Source of the DNA: an uncultured Actinomycetes bacterium | Lineage (GTDB): Bacteria > Actinomycetota > Thermoleophilia > Gaiellales > Gaiellaceae | DNA: 64,000 bases | Assembly: GCA_963736835.1 (NCBI GenBank) | Contig: CAVTQI010000004.1 | Location: 27,706 to 91,705, forward strand | Reading direction: 5' to 3' | Shown: one piece after another, positions 9,028 through 18,801 of the stretch | How the letters are laid out: every line of letters begins with the position of its first letter | Position numbering within the stretch: position 1 is the stretch's first letter | Position numbers and translations under genes: made by a program | Notes under the pieces: model-generated | Databases searched by the model: none | What the model saw: only the letters and a program-made list of their open reading frames with translations | Told to the model about the DNA's origin: nothing

Positions 9028-9591
9028 TTACCGAACGACCCGGTACTCGAGATGTGCCACGCCGTCCGTCCGGCTGAGCCCGGTCTGTTCCAGCTCGACT
9101 CGCTCGGGGAGCTGGTCGAACAGCCGACGGCCCCCTCCGAGCAGGACATCGACCAGGTGGATCCTGATCTCGTCCACGAGCCCCGCCGCGAGGAATTGCT
9201 GGTCGATGTTGGCGCCCATGAGGCCGATCCGCTTTGCGCCGGCAGCCTCCTGTGCCTTTGCAAGAGCACTCTCGATCCCGTCTGCCACGACTGTGAAGAT
9301 CGGGTCCGCTTCCGCGAGCGGCCTGTTGGTGACCACGAAGCACGGCACGTCGCCAAGGGGACCCTTGCCGCCCCACGCCTCGATCGAGTTGTCGTACGTC
9401 CGGCGCCCCATGATCACAGCGCCCGTCTCCTCGACCAGGTCGCCGTACACTCGCTCGAACACCGAAGGATCCTCGAACGCCCAGTTATGGAGCCGCATCC
9501 CGTCCTCGCCCAGCCCCTGTTCCGGATTGTCGTTGGGTGCCGCGATGTACCCGTCCAAAGACATGCTCATGTCGATGACCACGTTGCCCAT
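9028..9591 (-). CDS. dihydrofolate-reductase-like (RibD C-terminal domain) family protein
   Basis: VVIDMSMSLDGYIAAP..VIMGRRTY..GLVDEIRIHLVDVLLGGGRRLF. Confidence 0.85.
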   Translation of the reverse strand: MGNVVIDMSMSLDGYIAAPNDNPEQGLGEDGMRLHNWAFEDPSVFERVYGDLVEETGAVIMGRRTYDNSIEAWGGKGPLGDVPCFVVTNRPLAEADPIFTVVADGIESALAKAQEAAGAKRIGLMGANIDQQFLAAGLVDEIRIHLVDVLLGGGRRLFDQLPERVELEQTGLSRTDGVAHLEYRVVR

Positions 9592-9685
9592 GTCGCCTCC
9601 TTTGTCCGGTTACTGAGACCGGCGGACGCGTACAAACTCATCGCAGTGCGCGCGCTGCGCCCTCAATGCACGGTCAGCTCAGTTC

Positions 9686-10138
9686 TCAGCTGACCGCCTG
9701 CTTCACGAGCGCGGCAATCTTGTCCTCGTCGGCATCGGTCAGCTCCTTCAACGCGAAGGAGGTCGGCCACATGGCGCCTTTGTCGAGGTTCGCGTTGTCG
9801 CTGAAGCCGAAGGTCGCGTACCGCGACTTGAACTTGTCCGCGCTCTGGAAGAAGCAGACCACCTTGCCGTCCGCGTTGGCATAGGCGGGCATCCCGTACC
9901 AGGTCTTCGGCATCAGGTCGGGTGCGTTGGCCTTGACGACCGCGTGGATGCGCTCGGCCAGGTCGCGATCCGGTTTCGGCATCTCGGCGATCTTCGCGAG
10001 CAGGGCGCTTTCCCCGCCCTCCTTGCGCGCTTCTGCCTTCAGCTCTTGAGCGCGCTCCTTCATTGCTGCGCGCTCCGCGGCCGTGAACCCCTTGCCGGAC
10101 TTCTGCGCGTCTTTCTTTGCGCCCTTTCTCTCAGCCAT
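9686..10138 (-). CDS. DUF1801/YdhG-like domain protein
   Basis: Lys-rich N-terminus, then [37 protein letters not shown]. Confidence 0.65.
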   Translation of the reverse strand: MAERKGAKKDAQKSGKGFTAAERAAMKERAQELKAEARKEGGESALLAKIAEMPKPDRDLAERIHAVVKANAPDLMPKTWYGMPAYANADGKVVCFFQSADKFKSRYATFGFSDNANLDKGAMWPTSFALKELTDADEDKIAALVKQAVS

Positions 10139-10148
10139 TGCTCATCAC

Positions 10149-10580
10149 CTACCTGCGCGCCAGCCGCTGGAGGAGCTCGTCGATCCGTGCGAAGCCCGAC
10201 TTCGCGCCCTCCTCGACACCGTACTGCATCGTCGTGTCGCGCTCCTCGGTCGTGTCGAAGCGCATCGTCTGCGTCAGCTTCGTCTGCTCGCCGACCTCCT
10301 CGAACTCGAGCGTCTGCAGATGGTTCTGGAACGTCTGCACGAGGCGCTCGGGCGGGTCGACCTCCCGGAACTCGCCCTCGACTACGCCGAATGCGGTCTG
10401 GAACCGGTAGATGCCGCCGGGACGGACGTCCATCTCCTCGACGACCGTGCCGTCGCCCCACCATTCGGGGATCAGCTGGGGGTCCGTCCAGACCGAGAAG
10501 ACGTGCGCGCGTGGCGCGTCGAAGACCCGCTCGACCCGGATCTCGAGCTCGTTCGGGATGGTGACGGTCGTGTCGTTCAT
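10149..10580 (-). CDS. SRPBCC (Aha1/START-like) domain protein
   Basis: ELEIRVERVFDAPRAHVFSVWTDPQLIPEWWG..VRPGGIYRF. ATG at 10580 overlaps the ArsR stop (ATGA). The longer ORF-track N-terminus is Arg-rich noise. Confidence 0.85.
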   Translation of the reverse strand: MNDTTVTIPNELEIRVERVFDAPRAHVFSVWTDPQLIPEWWGDGTVVEEMDVRPGGIYRFQTAFGVVEGEFREVDPPERLVQTFQNHLQTLEFEEVGEQTKLTQTMRFDTTEERDTTMQYGVEEGAKSGFARIDELLQRLARR

Positions 10581-10888
10581 GGCGCTCCTTTCGTTCGTTC
10601 GACGACCTGCGCGAAGCGGTCGAGCCGCTGCAGCCACGTGCTGATGCCTTCGAAGGCGTACGGCACGAGCATGCACATGCGGACCCGGCCTACCTTCTCT
10701 GTCGTGACGAGCTCTGCCTCCTCGAGTAGCCGGACGTGCTTCTTCATGCCCGTGAGGGACATGCCGAAGGGCTCGGCAAGCTCGCTGATCGTCGCCCGGC
10801 CGGAGCCGAGCCGTTCGAGGACGGCGCGGCGGGTCGGGTCGGCGAGGGCTGCGAAGGCGCGATCGACGGTTGGTGGATACTGAACCAT
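10577..10888 (-). CDS. ArsR/SmtB-family transcriptional regulator
   Basis: FAALADPTRRAVLERLGSGRATISELAEPFGMSLTGMKKHVRLLEEAELV, 103 aa from ATG 10888. Confidence 0.9.
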   Translation of the reverse strand: MVQYPPTVDRAFAALADPTRRAVLERLGSGRATISELAEPFGMSLTGMKKHVRLLEEAELVTTEKVGRVRMCMLVPYAFEGISTWLQRLDRFAQVVERTKGAP

Positions 10889-10896
10889 TCGGTTCA
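10881..10896. promoter_or_regulatory. inverted repeat TGAACC-N4-GGTTCA over the ArsR start codon (candidate operator)
   Basis: Perfect 6-4-6 inverted repeat in the divergent ArsR / hydrolase intergenic region. Confidence 0.3.
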
Positions 10897-10981
10897 CTAT
10901 AGCAAGTCCACAGGGAGACGCAAGCAGTCCCCCGGCTTTCGGTGCGCACAGAATGGGTAAACAAGGCTCCGCGGTGAGAAC

Positions 10982-11647
10982 GTGGCGACGTATGTGCTGA
11001 TCCACGGCGCCGGCGATGTCGGTTGGTACTGGCACCTCGTTGAAGCCGACTTGCGAGAGCGAGGTCACGATACGGTCGCACCGGACCTGCCCTGCGATGA
11101 CGACTCGGCAGGCCTGCCGCAGTACGCAGACACTGTCGTCGAGGCGATCGGCGACCGCACCGACCTGGTCGTCGTCGCGCAGTCGGCCGGCGCCTTCACG
11201 GCGCCGCTCGTCTGCGAGCGCGTTCCCGCCGACTTGCTCGTGCTCGTCGCCGGTCTGATCCCGTCGCCGGGCGAGGCCGCCGAGGACTGGTGGGCCAACA
11301 CCGGCTACCAGGCCGAGCCGGGCGAGTGGTCGGGCGACGAGAAGGCGATCTTCTACCACGACGTTCCCGAGGACATAGCTACTGAAGCGATGAGGCGCGG
11401 ACGTGACCAGTCGGACACACCGGGCAGGGAGCCGTGGCCGCTCGGCGCCTGGCCCGACGTGCCGACGCGATTCCTGTTGTGCCGGCGCGACCGGCTGCTT
11501 CCCGCCGACTTCCTCCGCCGCGTGGTGCGAGAGCGACTTGGGATCACTCCCGACGAGATCGATGCCGGACACTGTGTCGCCCTGAGCCACCCGACGGAGC
11601 TCGCCAAGCGTCTCGACGCCTACGAACAGGAGATTCGCTTGTCTTGA
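10982..11647 (+). CDS. alpha/beta hydrolase (methylesterase-like)
   Basis: YVLIHGAGDVGWYW, nucleophile elbow VVAQSAGA, C-terminal DAGHCVALSHP. Confidence 0.8.
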   Translation: MATYVLIHGAGDVGWYWHLVEADLRERGHDTVAPDLPCDDDSAGLPQYADTVVEAIGDRTDLVVVAQSAGAFTAPLVCERVPADLLVLVAGLIPSPGEAAEDWWANTGYQAEPGEWSGDEKAIFYHDVPEDIATEAMRRGRDQSDTPGREPWPLGAWPDVPTRFLLCRRDRLLPADFLRRVVRERLGITPDEIDAGHCVALSHPTELAKRLDAYEQEIRLS

Positions 11648-11721
11648 CATCGAACTATCTTCGAGTAACCTAGTCCACGTCAAGTAGTTCGACATCGAGA
11701 AATTTCGACAGAGGAGGACGA

Positions 11722-12399
11722 ATGCCAACTGCAGTCGAGAACAGCTACGTCATCGCCAAGCTCGACGAGCTCGAGCCCGCAGCGCGGCTCGCACCCGGAG
11801 CCCCCGACGACGGAAGGCAGCGCTTCGACATCCGTCGCAACCTCGGCATAACGGCTTTCGGCGTTTCGGCGTTCAGCGCGCCGAGCGGGGTCGTCGTCAT
11901 CAACGAGCACGACGAGACCCTGTTGGGCGAGGCCGGCCAGCAGGAGCTGTACATCGTCATGGACGGCGCGGCGACCTTCGAGGTCGACGGCGAGACCGTT
12001 GACGCCCCGGCAGGATCCCTCGTCCAGGTGCAGCCGACCGCGAAGCGGAAGGCGACGGCGACCGAAGACGGCACCACGATCCTCGTCGTCGGAGCGACTG
12101 CGGGCAAGGCATACGAGGTTCCGCCGGAGGAAGCCGCCGCCGCGTTCTCCGCCTACAGCGCCGGGGACTATCAGGAAGCGCTCGCGAAGCAACTCGTCGT
12201 CGTCGAGAAGCAGCCGGAGAACTCGGTCGCGCACTTCAACGCCGGATGCTTCGCGGCACGAAGCGGTAGCGCTGACGACGCGATCGAGCACCTCCGCCGA
12301 GCGGTGCAGATCAACGATCGGATCAAGGAGCTGATCGCGACGGACGAGGACCTGGACTCGATCCGCGACGATCAGCGCTTCGCCGAGCTCATGAAGTAG
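11722..12399 (+). CDS. cupin domain protein with TPR-like C-terminal extension
   Basis: Cupin core NEHDETLLGEAGQQELYIVMDGAATFEVDGETV, helical C-terminus AGDYQEALAKQL..NAGCFAARSGSADDAIEHLRRAV. Confidence 0.6.
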   Translation: MPTAVENSYVIAKLDELEPAARLAPGAPDDGRQRFDIRRNLGITAFGVSAFSAPSGVVVINEHDETLLGEAGQQELYIVMDGAATFEVDGETVDAPAGSLVQVQPTAKRKATATEDGTTILVVGATAGKAYEVPPEEAAAAFSAYSAGDYQEALAKQLVVVEKQPENSVAHFNAGCFAARSGSADDAIEHLRRAVQINDRIKELIATDEDLDSIRDDQRFAELMK

Positions 12400-12491
12400 G
12401 CCGCGGGCGGTTTTCAGCCCGACGCGGCGCTCTCGGTCGCGGGAATGTCGTGCTGGCGGGAATCGACGCCGCTCCCGTCGAATAGCGAGGC

Positions 12492-14429
12492 GTGGGAGCG
12501 CGTCCAATGAGGCTGCTTGCGCTGCTTGCGCTGGTGAGCGCGGCAGCGCTTGCGATCGCCGTCGAAGCCAGCGCGGGCACCGCGGACGAAGCGGCACTGG
12601 CCCAGAAGTACAGCCCCGTCGTCCGGCTCGTGGAGCAGACCGAGGAGTGCGGACCCGGGGAGCCTTACATCCCGCTCGATGTCGACCTGCTCTTCGGCGA
12701 GCCGACGGTTGCGCTTCGCGGCCCCTGGGCGCCGACCGATCTCGTCAAGATCGGCCCGAGCGCGAAGGACCTCGTCGGGCGATACCAGTACCACCTCGAC
12801 TTCCCGGGTGACGCCCTCGACGCGGGCTGCGACTACGAGCGCTGGCAGCGCCGCCTCCTCGAGGGCGGTGACTCCCCGACGATCTACGCGCACGTGGCGA
12901 CGGATCCCGGACCTGCCGGGAGGCTCGCGCTCCAGTACTGGTTCTTCTACGTCTTCAACGACTTCAACAACAAGCACGAAGGCGACTGGGAGATGATCCA
13001 GCTCGACTTCGACGCGAGCGACGCCGCCGAAGCGCTCGGCAAGGAGCCGAGCAAGGTCGGCTACAGCTCTCACGAGGGCGCCGAGCGCGCCGACTGGGGT
13101 GACGACAAGCTCGAACTGGTGGACGGGACGCACCCGGTCGTCTATCCAGCCGCAGGCAGCCATGCGAACAAGTTCGACGCTGCGCTGTATCTGGGGAGCT
13201 CGGCGGACGCGGGGGTCGGGTGCGACGACACACGCGGGCCGCACATGGAGCTCCGGCCGAATGTTCAGACGATCCCGAACGATCCGGCCGCTGCGGAGAA
13301 AGCGTTCCCGTGGACCAAGTTCGAAGGCCGCTGGGGAGAGTTTCAGCGGGCGTTCTACAACGGCCCGACGGGCCCGAACCTGAAGACACAGTGGACCGCG
13401 CCGATCGACTGGTCGGATGGATGGCGCCCTCGGAGCTACGCGGTCCCGACCGGCGGCGTCTTCGGAACCGGGGCGACCGACTTCTTCTGCGGCGCCGTCG
13501 AGACCGGTTCGGCCGGGCTGACGGCTCTCCTCCGTGACCCCGCGGCGACACTGCTCATGATCGGGATCCTCCTGGTCCTCCTCGTGTGGCTCGTGACACG
13601 GACGAGTTGGCGTCCGGGCACGCCTCTGCGGCTCGCGCACCGGCGCCGATGGGGTCAGATTCTCTCCAGCGCCGAGCGCATGTACCTCTCGCGAGCGCTG
13701 CTCTTCCTGGGCATCGGCGTTCTGTTCATCCCACTCGGAATCGTGATCTCCATCCTGCAGGCGGTCGTGCTCGGAGGGTTCGGGCTGTTGGGAGTCGACA
13801 CGTCAGGCGAGGGGGCCGGCGCCCTCGTCTTGCTGGTGGTCATCCTGGGCACGTCGCTCGCGTTGCTCGGGTTCGGTCTCGTGCAGGCGGCGACCGCCTG
13901 CGCGCTCGTCGAGCTCGACGCCGGCAGGGAGATCGGGCCGCTGGACGCCTACCGGCTTGCCTTGCGGCGCTTTCGGCCGTTGTTCAGGGCCCTGGTGCTC
14001 GGCGTCGGTGCCTGGGTCGTGCTGACCGCGACCGCCGTTCTGATCCCGATCGCGCTCTGGCTTGCCGTGCGCTGGGCGTTCTTGGCGCAGGTCGTCGAGC
14101 TCGAGGGAGCCTCGGGCGTGGGCGCGCTTCACCGAAGCGGCGAGCTCGTCCGCGGGCGCTGGCTCCGGGTGGCCTCGCTCGTGGGCGTCGGCCTCGTGCT
14201 CGCACTCGCGGCAGGGCCTTTCGTGGGCGCGCTCTTGATCCTCGTCACCCACGCCCCGCTGCCCTTGCTGAACGTCGTCGCGGGAATCGTCTATGCGCTG
14301 ACAATGCCGTTCGTCGCGATCGCGACCGCCTATCTGTACTTCGACGCACGGGTCCGCGCCGAGCTCGAGCCGAAGGAAGCCCGGGTTGAGCTGCCGGCCG
14401 AGATCGAGCTGAGGCCGGGCGCCCATTGA
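12492..14429 (+). CDS. secreted Vps62-like domain fused to a multi-pass membrane domain
   Basis: Signal peptide MRLLALLALVSAAALA (ATG 12507 is an alternative start). LQYWFFYVFNDFNNKHEGDWEMIQLDF resembles the Vps62 motif. C-terminal 6-8 TM region ends in AYLYFDARVR, as in GPDPase-type membrane domains. Confidence 0.7.
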   Translation: MGARPMRLLALLALVSAAALAIAVEASAGTADEAALAQKYSPVVRLVEQTEECGPGEPYIPLDVDLLFGEPTVALRGPWAPTDLVKIGPSAKDLVGRYQYHLDFPGDALDAGCDYERWQRRLLEGGDSPTIYAHVATDPGPAGRLALQYWFFYVFNDFNNKHEGDWEMIQLDFDASDAAEALGKEPSKVGYSSHEGAERADWGDDKLELVDGTHPVVYPAAGSHANKFDAALYLGSSADAGVGCDDTRGPHMELRPNVQTIPNDPAAAEKAFPWTKFEGRWGEFQRAFYNGPTGPNLKTQWTAPIDWSDGWRPRSYAVPTGGVFGTGATDFFCGAVETGSAGLTALLRDPAATLLMIGILLVLLVWLVTRTSWRPGTPLRLAHRRRWGQILSSAERMYLSRALLFLGIGVLFIPLGIVISILQAVVLGGFGLLGVDTSGEGAGALVLLVVILGTSLALLGFGLVQAATACALVELDAGREIGPLDAYRLALRRFRPLFRALVLGVGAWVVLTATAVLIPIALWLAVRWAFLAQVVELEGASGVGALHRSGELVRGRWLRVASLVGVGLVLALAAGPFVGALLILVTHAPLPLLNVVAGIVYALTMPFVAIATAYLYFDARVRAELEPKEARVELPAEIELRPGAH

Positions 14430-14467
14430 ATTGACGTTCCAGTCCCGGCGGCGGCAAACTCGCAGCA

Positions 14468-15028
14468 GTGCCCCTCTCAGCCCTCCAGGCGATGGGGATC
14501 GAAGAGACGCTCGAGCACGTCAACGTGCCGAGCTACCTCATCGACGCAAGCGGGATCATCCGTTGGGTGAACCCCGCCGCCGTCCGGCTCGTTGGGGACG
14601 TTCGGGGCCGGCAGTTCACATCGGTCGTCGCACCCGAGGAGACCCGGCGGGCTCGTGAATTGTTCGCGCGCAAGGTCGTCGGCGCCGTCAAGGTCACCGA
14701 CGCCGGGATCGTGCTCCTCGACAAGGGCGGTGGACGCGTCGCCGTCGAGGTGAGCTCGGTCCCTCTGCGCCGGGGAGAGCACGTCGTAGGCGTTTTCGGC
14801 CAGGTCTCGGGCGTAATCGAAGAGCCTCACGAACATCCGGACCTGAAGCTCACGCCACGGCAGGCGGAAGTGCTCGAGCTGCTCGAACGAGGGCGTTCGA
14901 CGGAGCAGATCGCCGGGGAACTCCACCTGAGCACGGAAACGGTTCGCAATCACATCCGACACCTGCTTCGCGCCCTCGGCGCCAGCTCGCGATTGGAGGC
15001 GGTCGCGATCGCGCATGGCGCACACTGA
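14468..15028 (+). CDS. PAS-domain LuxR-family transcriptional regulator
   Basis: N-terminal PAS-like IIRWVNPAAVRLVG, C-terminal LTPRQAEVLELLERGRSTEQIAGELHLSTETVRNHIRHLL. Confidence 0.8.
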   Translation: MPLSALQAMGIEETLEHVNVPSYLIDASGIIRWVNPAAVRLVGDVRGRQFTSVVAPEETRRARELFARKVVGAVKVTDAGIVLLDKGGGRVAVEVSSVPLRRGEHVVGVFGQVSGVIEEPHEHPDLKLTPRQAEVLELLERGRSTEQIAGELHLSTETVRNHIRHLLRALGASSRLEAVAIAHGAH

Positions 15029-15073
15029 TCGGCCGGCGTTCACAGATTCCGGGCGGTTGCCGATACCTCGTGC

Positions 15074-15592
15074 ATGGAGTCATCGCCGAGATCGACGCAG
15101 GGCGTCGGCAGCGCCGCTCGCACCGGTGTCGTCGGCACGGTCGTCGGCGCGGTCGCGTTCTTCGACGGCGTCTTGATCGGCGCCCCGATCGCGTTGCTCT
15201 CTGCAGCGTCTCTGAGCCCGCTCCTGGTCTACGCCGTCGCCACTGGGGCCGTGATCCTGCTGGTCATTGCGTGCTGCAGCTGGGTCGACCGCCGCTGGGA
15301 CGAATGGTTCTCGGGCAACAGCAGGCGAGTGGAGGGCCGGCTCGAGTCGATGCGCCGCAGTCGGCTGATGCAGCACCCGGTCGCCTGGATCCAGCGCGGC
15401 TCCGATCGCTGGTACGCGCTCGCCGCGGCCGTCGCAAACCCGATCTTGATCGGAGCGCTCGCGCGCCTCGTCGGCGGGCGGCCGATCGGGCACCGCCGGA
15501 TCCTGCTCGGCGCCGTCGCCTACGCGATCCCGTACTGCGCGATGTGGACGATCGTCGGCTTCGCGCTCGGCGACACGATTCGCGCGGCTTAG
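15074..15592 (+). CDS. small integral membrane protein, unknown function
   Basis: 172 aa, four hydrophobic helices. Confidence 0.5.
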   Translation: MESSPRSTQGVGSAARTGVVGTVVGAVAFFDGVLIGAPIALLSAASLSPLLVYAVATGAVILLVIACCSWVDRRWDEWFSGNSRRVEGRLESMRRSRLMQHPVAWIQRGSDRWYALAAAVANPILIGALARLVGGRPIGHRRILLGAVAYAIPYCAMWTIVGFALGDTIRAA

Positions 15593-15620
15593 CAAGACCG
15601 TTTGACCCGTCTAAGTAGCC

Positions 15621-17063
15621 TTGGCCCTCGTGGCCACGACCGCACGAGAAGCGCACGAGGAGCTCCCGGTCGCGGAAGAGCCGCTGCTCGGCCACCGTCC
15701 GCACTACAACGTCACGTTCATCTTCCTCGCGCTTGGCGGGCTCGCCCTGGCCGTGTCGCAATCTCTCGTGGCGCCCGCCCTGCGCGAGATCCAGACCGAC
15801 CTGGGGACTTCGACGACGGCGGTGACCTGGGTCCTGACCGCGTTCCTGCTGAGCGCGTCGGTCGCGACGCCGATCCTCGGCCGGCTCGGCGACATGTTCG
15901 GCAAGAAGCGCGTCCTCGTGATCGCGCTCACCGCCGTGGCGATCGGGACGTTCGTGAGCGCCGTCGCGACGACGCTCGCCCCACTCGTCGTCGGCCGCGT
16001 CATCCAGGGACTGGGCGGCGGCATCTTCCCGCTTTCGATGTCGATCATCCGGGACGAGTTCCCACGCGAGCGTGTGGCCGGGGGCATCGCCCTGATCTCG
16101 GCCATCCTCGGCGTCGGCGGGGGGCTGGGGATCGTGCTTGCCGGGCCGATCGTCGACCACCTGAACTACCACTGGCTGTTCTGGTTTCCGTTCATCGTCG
16201 TGACGATCGCGGCGATCGGCGTGTTCCTCGTCGTCCCCGAGTCGCCCATCCGCACGCGCGGCCGCGTCGACTGGCTGGGCGCCCTCCTGCTCGCGGGCTG
16301 GCTCGTCGCGCTCCTGCTCCCGATCAGCGAGGGGCGCTCTTGGGGTTGGACCTCCGCGCGCGTCCTCGGTCTCTTGGCGGCGTCCGCCGTGCTCGCGCTC
16401 ACCTGGGTCGCGGTCGAGATCAGGAGCCGCGAGCCGCTCGTCGACATGCGGATGATGCGGCTGCGGGGCGTCTGGACGACGAACCTGACCGCGATCCTGC
16501 TCGGCGCCGGGATGTTCGGGTCGTTCATCCTCATCCCGCAGCTGATCGAGCTCCCGAAGTCGACTGGCTACGGGTTCGGCGGCTCTGTCACGCAGGGCGG
16601 TCTGTACCTGCTGCCGTCCACCGTGATGATGGTCGTGTTCAGCGTGGTCGCCGGGCGGCTCGTGAGCTCGGTGGGGCCCCGACTGCCGCTGATCCTCGGC
16701 ACCTCGGTGTCGGTCGCCTCGTTCCTGCTCCTCGCCGTGGCCCACAGCGAGCCGTGGGAGATCCTGCTCGGCGCGGCGCTGCTCGGAGTCGGGATCGGCT
16801 TCGCGTTCTCGGCCATGGCGAACCAGATCGTCGAGTCCGTGCCCAGCGAGCAGACGGGCGTCGCGACGGGGATGAACACGATCATGCGGACGATCGGCGG
16901 CTCGCTCGGAGCAACGGTCTCGGCCGTGCTCCTGACCAGCTCGGTCACGGCCGACGGCCTGCCGAAAGAACGCGGCTTCACGCTCGCCTTCGCCGCCTCC
17001 GCGGTCGCGCTCGCCTTCGCCGTCGTCGCAGCCCTCGCCGTTCCCGCGCGCCGCAAGACGTAG
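15621..17063 (+). CDS. MFS transporter, 14-TM drug:H+ antiporter (DHA2/EmrB-like)
   Basis: LGRLGDMFGKKRVL motif A, GRVIQGLGGG, 480 aa with about 14 helices. Confidence 0.9.
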   Translation: MALVATTAREAHEELPVAEEPLLGHRPHYNVTFIFLALGGLALAVSQSLVAPALREIQTDLGTSTTAVTWVLTAFLLSASVATPILGRLGDMFGKKRVLVIALTAVAIGTFVSAVATTLAPLVVGRVIQGLGGGIFPLSMSIIRDEFPRERVAGGIALISAILGVGGGLGIVLAGPIVDHLNYHWLFWFPFIVVTIAAIGVFLVVPESPIRTRGRVDWLGALLLAGWLVALLLPISEGRSWGWTSARVLGLLAASAVLALTWVAVEIRSREPLVDMRMMRLRGVWTTNLTAILLGAGMFGSFILIPQLIELPKSTGYGFGGSVTQGGLYLLPSTVMMVVFSVVAGRLVSSVGPRLPLILGTSVSVASFLLLAVAHSEPWEILLGAALLGVGIGFAFSAMANQIVESVPSEQTGVATGMNTIMRTIGGSLGATVSAVLLTSSVTADGLPKERGFTLAFAASAVALAFAVVAALAVPARRKT

Positions 17064-17134
17064 GCGTGTCGAAAATGGACGGCGTGCTCCGTCTTCATCG
17101 GTGAAGGTTCGTCTAACGAGAAGGGAGAAGTGAG

Positions 17135-17575
17135 ATGCCCAAGTACCTGCTTGCGGTCGACTTCCAAAGCGGAGTCGTCGACACGCCGATGGAGGAGTGG
17201 AAGCCCGAGGAGATCGAGGCTCACCTCGACTACTACAAAGCTCTGGGCAAGGAGCTCGTCGAGAGCGGCGAGCGCGTGCAGTCCGAGGTGCTCACCGGGC
17301 CCGACCTGGCGAAGATCGTGACCTCGGACGGCACCATGCCCGTGGTCACCGACGGGCCATTCCAGGAGTTCAAGGAGTGGCTGGCCGGCTTCCAGATCGT
17401 CGACGTCGAGTCCGAGGAGCGCGCGCTCGAGATCGCCGCAAGGCTCTCGGCCGTGCCCGGGCCCGACGGCGTGCCGATCCAACAGCCGATCCAGGTTCGC
17501 CGGGTGATGGAGGACTCTCCGTCGAGTGCCGACGAGATGGAGGAGTACCTGCAAACGGCCGGCGCCAAGCGCTGA
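17135..17575 (+). CDS. YCII-related (DGPF) domain protein
   Basis: MPKYLL..VTDGPFQEFKEWLAGFQIVDVESEERALEIA. Typical partner of the downstream sigma factor. Confidence 0.85.
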   Translation: MPKYLLAVDFQSGVVDTPMEEWKPEEIEAHLDYYKALGKELVESGERVQSEVLTGPDLAKIVTSDGTMPVVTDGPFQEFKEWLAGFQIVDVESEERALEIAARLSAVPGPDGVPIQQPIQVRRVMEDSPSSADEMEEYLQTAGAKR

Positions 17576-18801
17576 ACGCCACGCCCCGCATCGAGGACCT
17601 GCTGCGAGAGCTGGTGCCGCAGGTCCTCGGTGCGCTCGTCCGCCGCTTCGGGGACTTCGGCGCCGCCGAGGACGCCGTCCAGGAGGCGCTGATCGCCGCG
17701 GCGACGCGCTGGCCCCGGGACGGGATTCCGGACAACCCACGCGCCTGGCTCGTCCAGGCCGCGACGCGGCGGCTGATCGACCAGTGGCGAAGCGACCGCT
17801 CGCGTCGGGAGCGCGAGGAGACCGCCCTCCGTGAGGAGCCAGGGACGAACGCGGCCGACCAGGACGACTCCCTGCTCGTGCTCTTCATGTGCTGTCACCC
17901 CGCTCTGACTCCGGCCTCAGCGATCCCGCTCACGCTGCGCGCGGTCGGCGGGCTGACCACGACCGAGATCGCCGGCGCCTTCCTGGTCGGCGAGGCGACG
18001 ATGGCGCAGCGCATCGCGCGGGCAAAGCAGCGAATCAAGGCCTCGGGCGTGCCGTTCGAGCTGTCGGTGGAGGACCTCCAGGCGCGCCTACCCGCGGTGC
18101 TCCGCGTCCTGTATCTGATCTTCAACGAGGGCTACGCGAGCTCGAGCGGGCGTGAGCTCCAGCGGACCGAGCTCTCGCAGGAGGCGATCCGCCTTGCGCG
18201 GCTGCTGCATCGAGCACTGCCCGACGAGCCCGAGGCGGCGAGCCTGCTCGCGCTCATGCTCCTGATCGACGCGAGGCGGCCCGCGCGAACGGATGCGTCG
18301 GGCGACCTCGTACCGCTCGCGGAGCAGGACCGAACGCTCTGGGATCGCGCGCTCGTCGCCGAAGGCGCCGCCCTGCTCGACCAGGCCGCGGGCAAAGGGC
18401 CGCCGGGCGAGTACCGGCTCCAGGCTGCGATCGCCTCGCTGCACGACCACGCCGTGACGGCGGAGGAGACGGACTGGCCGCAGATCCTCGCGCTGTACGG
18501 CCTCCTCGAGCAAGTCACGGGCAACCCCGTCGTCACGCTCAACAAGGCTGTCGCGGCCGCGATGTCCGAGGGGCCCGCGTCAGGCCTGGCCGTGCTCGAC
18601 GGCCTCGACGAGCGCCTTGCAGACCACTATCGACTGCATGCGGTCCGCGCCCACCTCCTCGAGATGGCCGGCGACGAAATGGGCGCGATCGAGCACTATA
18701 GGACCGCCGCGAACCGCACGACGAACCTCCGCGAGCAGCGCTATCTACAGATGAAGGCCGCGCGCCTCAGGCGACCGCGACGCGCCGCCTCAGGCCCTTG
18801 A
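17572..18801 (+). CDS. sigma-70/ECF-type sigma factor with long C-terminal helical domain (YCII-associated type), probable CTG start
   Basis: EDLLRELVPQVLGALVRRFGDFGAAEDAVQEALIAAATRWP, region 4 LRAVGGLTTTEIAGAFLVGEATMAQRIARAK. CTG 17572 overlaps the YCII stop (CTGA). The first GTG (17614) would remove the conserved N-terminus. Confidence 0.8.
   Translation: MNATPRIEDLLRELVPQVLGALVRRFGDFGAAEDAVQEALIAAATRWPRDGIPDNPRAWLVQAATRRLIDQWRSDRSRREREETALREEPGTNAADQDDSLLVLFMCCHPALTPASAIPLTLRAVGGLTTTEIAGAFLVGEATMAQRIARAKQRIKASGVPFELSVEDLQARLPAVLRVLYLIFNEGYASSSGRELQRTELSQEAIRLARLLHRALPDEPEAASLLALMLLIDARRPARTDASGDLVPLAEQDRTLWDRALVAEGAALLDQAAGKGPPGEYRLQAAIASLHDHAVTAEETDWPQILALYGLLEQVTGNPVVTLNKAVAAAMSEGPASGLAVLDGLDERLADHYRLHAVRAHLLEMAGDEMGAIEHYRTAANRTTNLREQRYLQMKAARLRRPRRAASGP

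Noticed and set aside
10149-11728. The 310-aa and 383-aa versions of the two minus-strand ORFs given by the ORF track
   Set aside because: Only the C-terminal 143 aa (SRPBCC) and 103 aa (ArsR) show family features and proper start contexts. The N-terminal extensions are Arg-rich and run through the divergent hydrolase gene.
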